This document shows positions 26,660-28,237 of a stretch of 28,237 nucleotides of DNA, in pieces. The stretch spans positions 1 to 28,237 of the forward strand of contig JAQBUT010000031.1 of the NCBI GenBank assembly GCA_027623195.1, written 5' to 3'. Below the pieces are notes generated by a model. It did no database searches and was not told where the DNA came from. It saw only the letters and a list, made by a program, of their open reading frames with translations. Source of the stretch: Chloroflexota bacterium. GTDB taxonomy: Bacteria; Chloroflexota; Dehalococcoidia; Lucifugimonadales; JADFKI01. Numbering within the stretch: the stretch's first letter is position 1; every line of letters starts with the position of its first letter. A program made the position numbers and the translations under genes.

Positions 26660-27703
26660 ATGGTAGAGACTCAAAGTCACAGTGGGGTTCGGGTCGCAAA
26701 TGACAACGATATCCTGCTGGAGGTTAAGAACCTCAAAATGTACTTCCCGGTTACGTCAGGTGTTATTTTCCAACGTAAAATGGCGGACGTAAAGGCAGTG
26801 GACGGCGTCAGCTTCTTTATTCGCAAAGGGGAGACGTTGGGCCTAGTTGGAGAAAGCGGTTGCGGCAAAACCACCACCGGACGCTGCATACTTCAGCTAT
26901 ACAAGGCCACCGCCGGCGAGATCATTTTCGAAGGCCAAAACCTTAATGATCTGGGCGGTCGTGAGATGCGCGAGATGCGTAAGAAGATACAGGTCATATT
27001 CCAGGACCCGTATGGCTCTCTCAACCCGCGCATGACCTGTGGCGACATCGTAGGCGAACCACTAGTCGTGCACAAGCTCACATCCGGCAAGGGTGAGTAT
27101 CGAGACAAAGTTGCGGAACTGCTGCAGATCGTAGGGCTAAACCCTTACATGGCAGACCGCTATCCCCACGAGTTTAGCGGAGGGCAGCGCCAGCGCATTG
27201 GCATAGCCCGTGCCCTGGCGGTTAACCCCAGCTTCATAGTTTGTGATGAGCCCGTATCCGCGCTGGACGTTTCCATTCAGGCGCAGGTAATTAACCTGCT
27301 GGAGGACCTGCAGGAGCGGTTCGACCTGACGTACCTGTTCATTGCGCATGACCTATCTGTGGTCAGGCACATCAGCGACCGGGTGGCCGTTATGTACCTG
27401 GGACACATCGTGGAGGTCGCGGACCGTATCGAACTTTACGAGAATCCGCTTCACCCGTACACCAAGGCTCTTCTATCCGCGGTCCCTATCCCGGACCCTG
27501 TGATTGAGGCTCAGCGAGAGCGAATTATACTGACAGGCGACGTACCCAGTCCCATGAATCCGCCTGATGGATGTGTATTCCATACCCGCTGCCCGTTGAT
27601 GTCGGATGAGTGTAGGGTAGAGGTGCCGGAGCTTCGCGAGGTCAGTCCCAACCATTGGGTTTCCTGCATTAAAGTGGACGGCTACAGTACCGCTAATCCA
27701 TAG
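26660..27703 (+). CDS. oppF: Oligo/dipeptide ABC transporter ATP-binding subunit (OppF/DppF-like)
   Basis: Motifs [46 protein letters not shown]. Confidence 0.9.
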   Translation: MVETQSHSGVRVANDNDILLEVKNLKMYFPVTSGVIFQRKMADVKAVDGVSFFIRKGETLGLVGESGCGKTTTGRCILQLYKATAGEIIFEGQNLNDLGGREMREMRKKIQVIFQDPYGSLNPRMTCGDIVGEPLVVHKLTSGKGEYRDKVAELLQIVGLNPYMADRYPHEFSGGQRQRIGIARALAVNPSFIVCDEPVSALDVSIQAQVINLLEDLQERFDLTYLFIAHDLSVVRHISDRVAVMYLGHIVEVADRIELYENPLHPYTKALLSAVPIPDPVIEAQRERIILTGDVPSPMNPPDGCVFHTRCPLMSDECRVEVPELREVSPNHWVSCIKVDGYSTANP

Positions 27704-27724
27704 GCTCCGAAGATAATCTAGGAC

Positions 27725-27772
27725 AAAAAAGAAGGGCGACCCGCCATGGCGAGTCGCCCTTCTTCAGTTTTT
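27725..27772. terminator. Bidirectional intrinsic terminator
   Basis: AAGAAGGGCGAC ... GTCGCCCTTCTT with an A-tract before and a T-tract after, lying between convergent genes. Confidence 0.8.
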
Positions 27773-27798
27773 GCTTTAGAAATTCAGGGTTCCGGAGA

Positions 27799-28098
27799 CT
27801 AGCTAGCCGCTCGCTGCTGGTCGTCCTTTTCCTGGCTTTCACGCTCTCGTCGACGCTTCTCTCTTTCCCAGCCGCTCAACGGGGGCTTTCCGGTGCCGAT
27901 CTGTTTGTGCGTGTACCGGTCCTCCATAAAGGTCTTGCCCAGGTGGGCCTCAACCTCAGCCTGCACGTCGGCGGGGACACTAACCTTGCGCCATCCGCAG
28001 GTTATGCACATTGGGCTGTCGGTGATCGGTGAATAATAGTCTAGAATCGCTCCGCCACAACGCTGACACGCGTCCAGTTCGATCATTTCCTGAGCCAT
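27799..28098 (-). CDS. Small Zn-ribbon hypothetical protein
   Basis: CQRCGG...CITCGW (CxxC-CxxC) with a charged C-terminus. RBS-like AAGGAAAG. Confidence 0.7.
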   Translation of the reverse strand: MAQEMIELDACQRCGGAILDYYSPITDSPMCITCGWRKVSVPADVQAEVEAHLGKTFMEDRYTHKQIGTGKPPLSGWEREKRRRERESQEKDDQQRAAS

Positions 28099-28237
28099 GT
28101 TTAACTTTCCTTTGGCCCGCGGTATAGATTTAATCGGAGGGTCGAGTGTGGAAGGCAGGCCATCGCTCCACTGTTGTCATTCAGCGAAGTGGGACAGAAA
28201 ACTTAGTGGAGAGAATCGGCTGAATTGGCGAGCTCTC

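Overview
Bacterial chromosome-like window, mostly metabolic. The gene content (two luciferase-like monooxygenases, a PPOX/F420 oxidoreductase, a DUF35-thiolase pair, a TPP enzyme, an archaeal-type ArlI/FlaI ATPase) suggests Chloroflexota/Dehalococcoidia such as SAR202; this is inference only. Three things stand out. (1) A plasmid-style type Ib partition cassette sits among metabolic genes with no rep or integrase gene in view. It comprises a short ParA, a ribbon-helix-helix partner, and four patches of a strictly 8-bp-phased degenerate repeat (one over the parA promoter, three downstream), followed by a stand-alone TIR-domain gene. (2) At about 5041-5048 the 3' part of an archaellum motor ATPase gene (minus strand) is fused back-to-back to the 3' part of a CopD/DUF4149-like membrane protein gene (plus strand); this is either a rearrangement or an amplification/assembly chimera. 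(3) A 795-aa protein is built from 16 regular 43-aa TPR-like repeats. No rRNA, tRNA, CRISPR array, transposase or integrase was recognised. All calls come from manual motif reading; no database searches were run.
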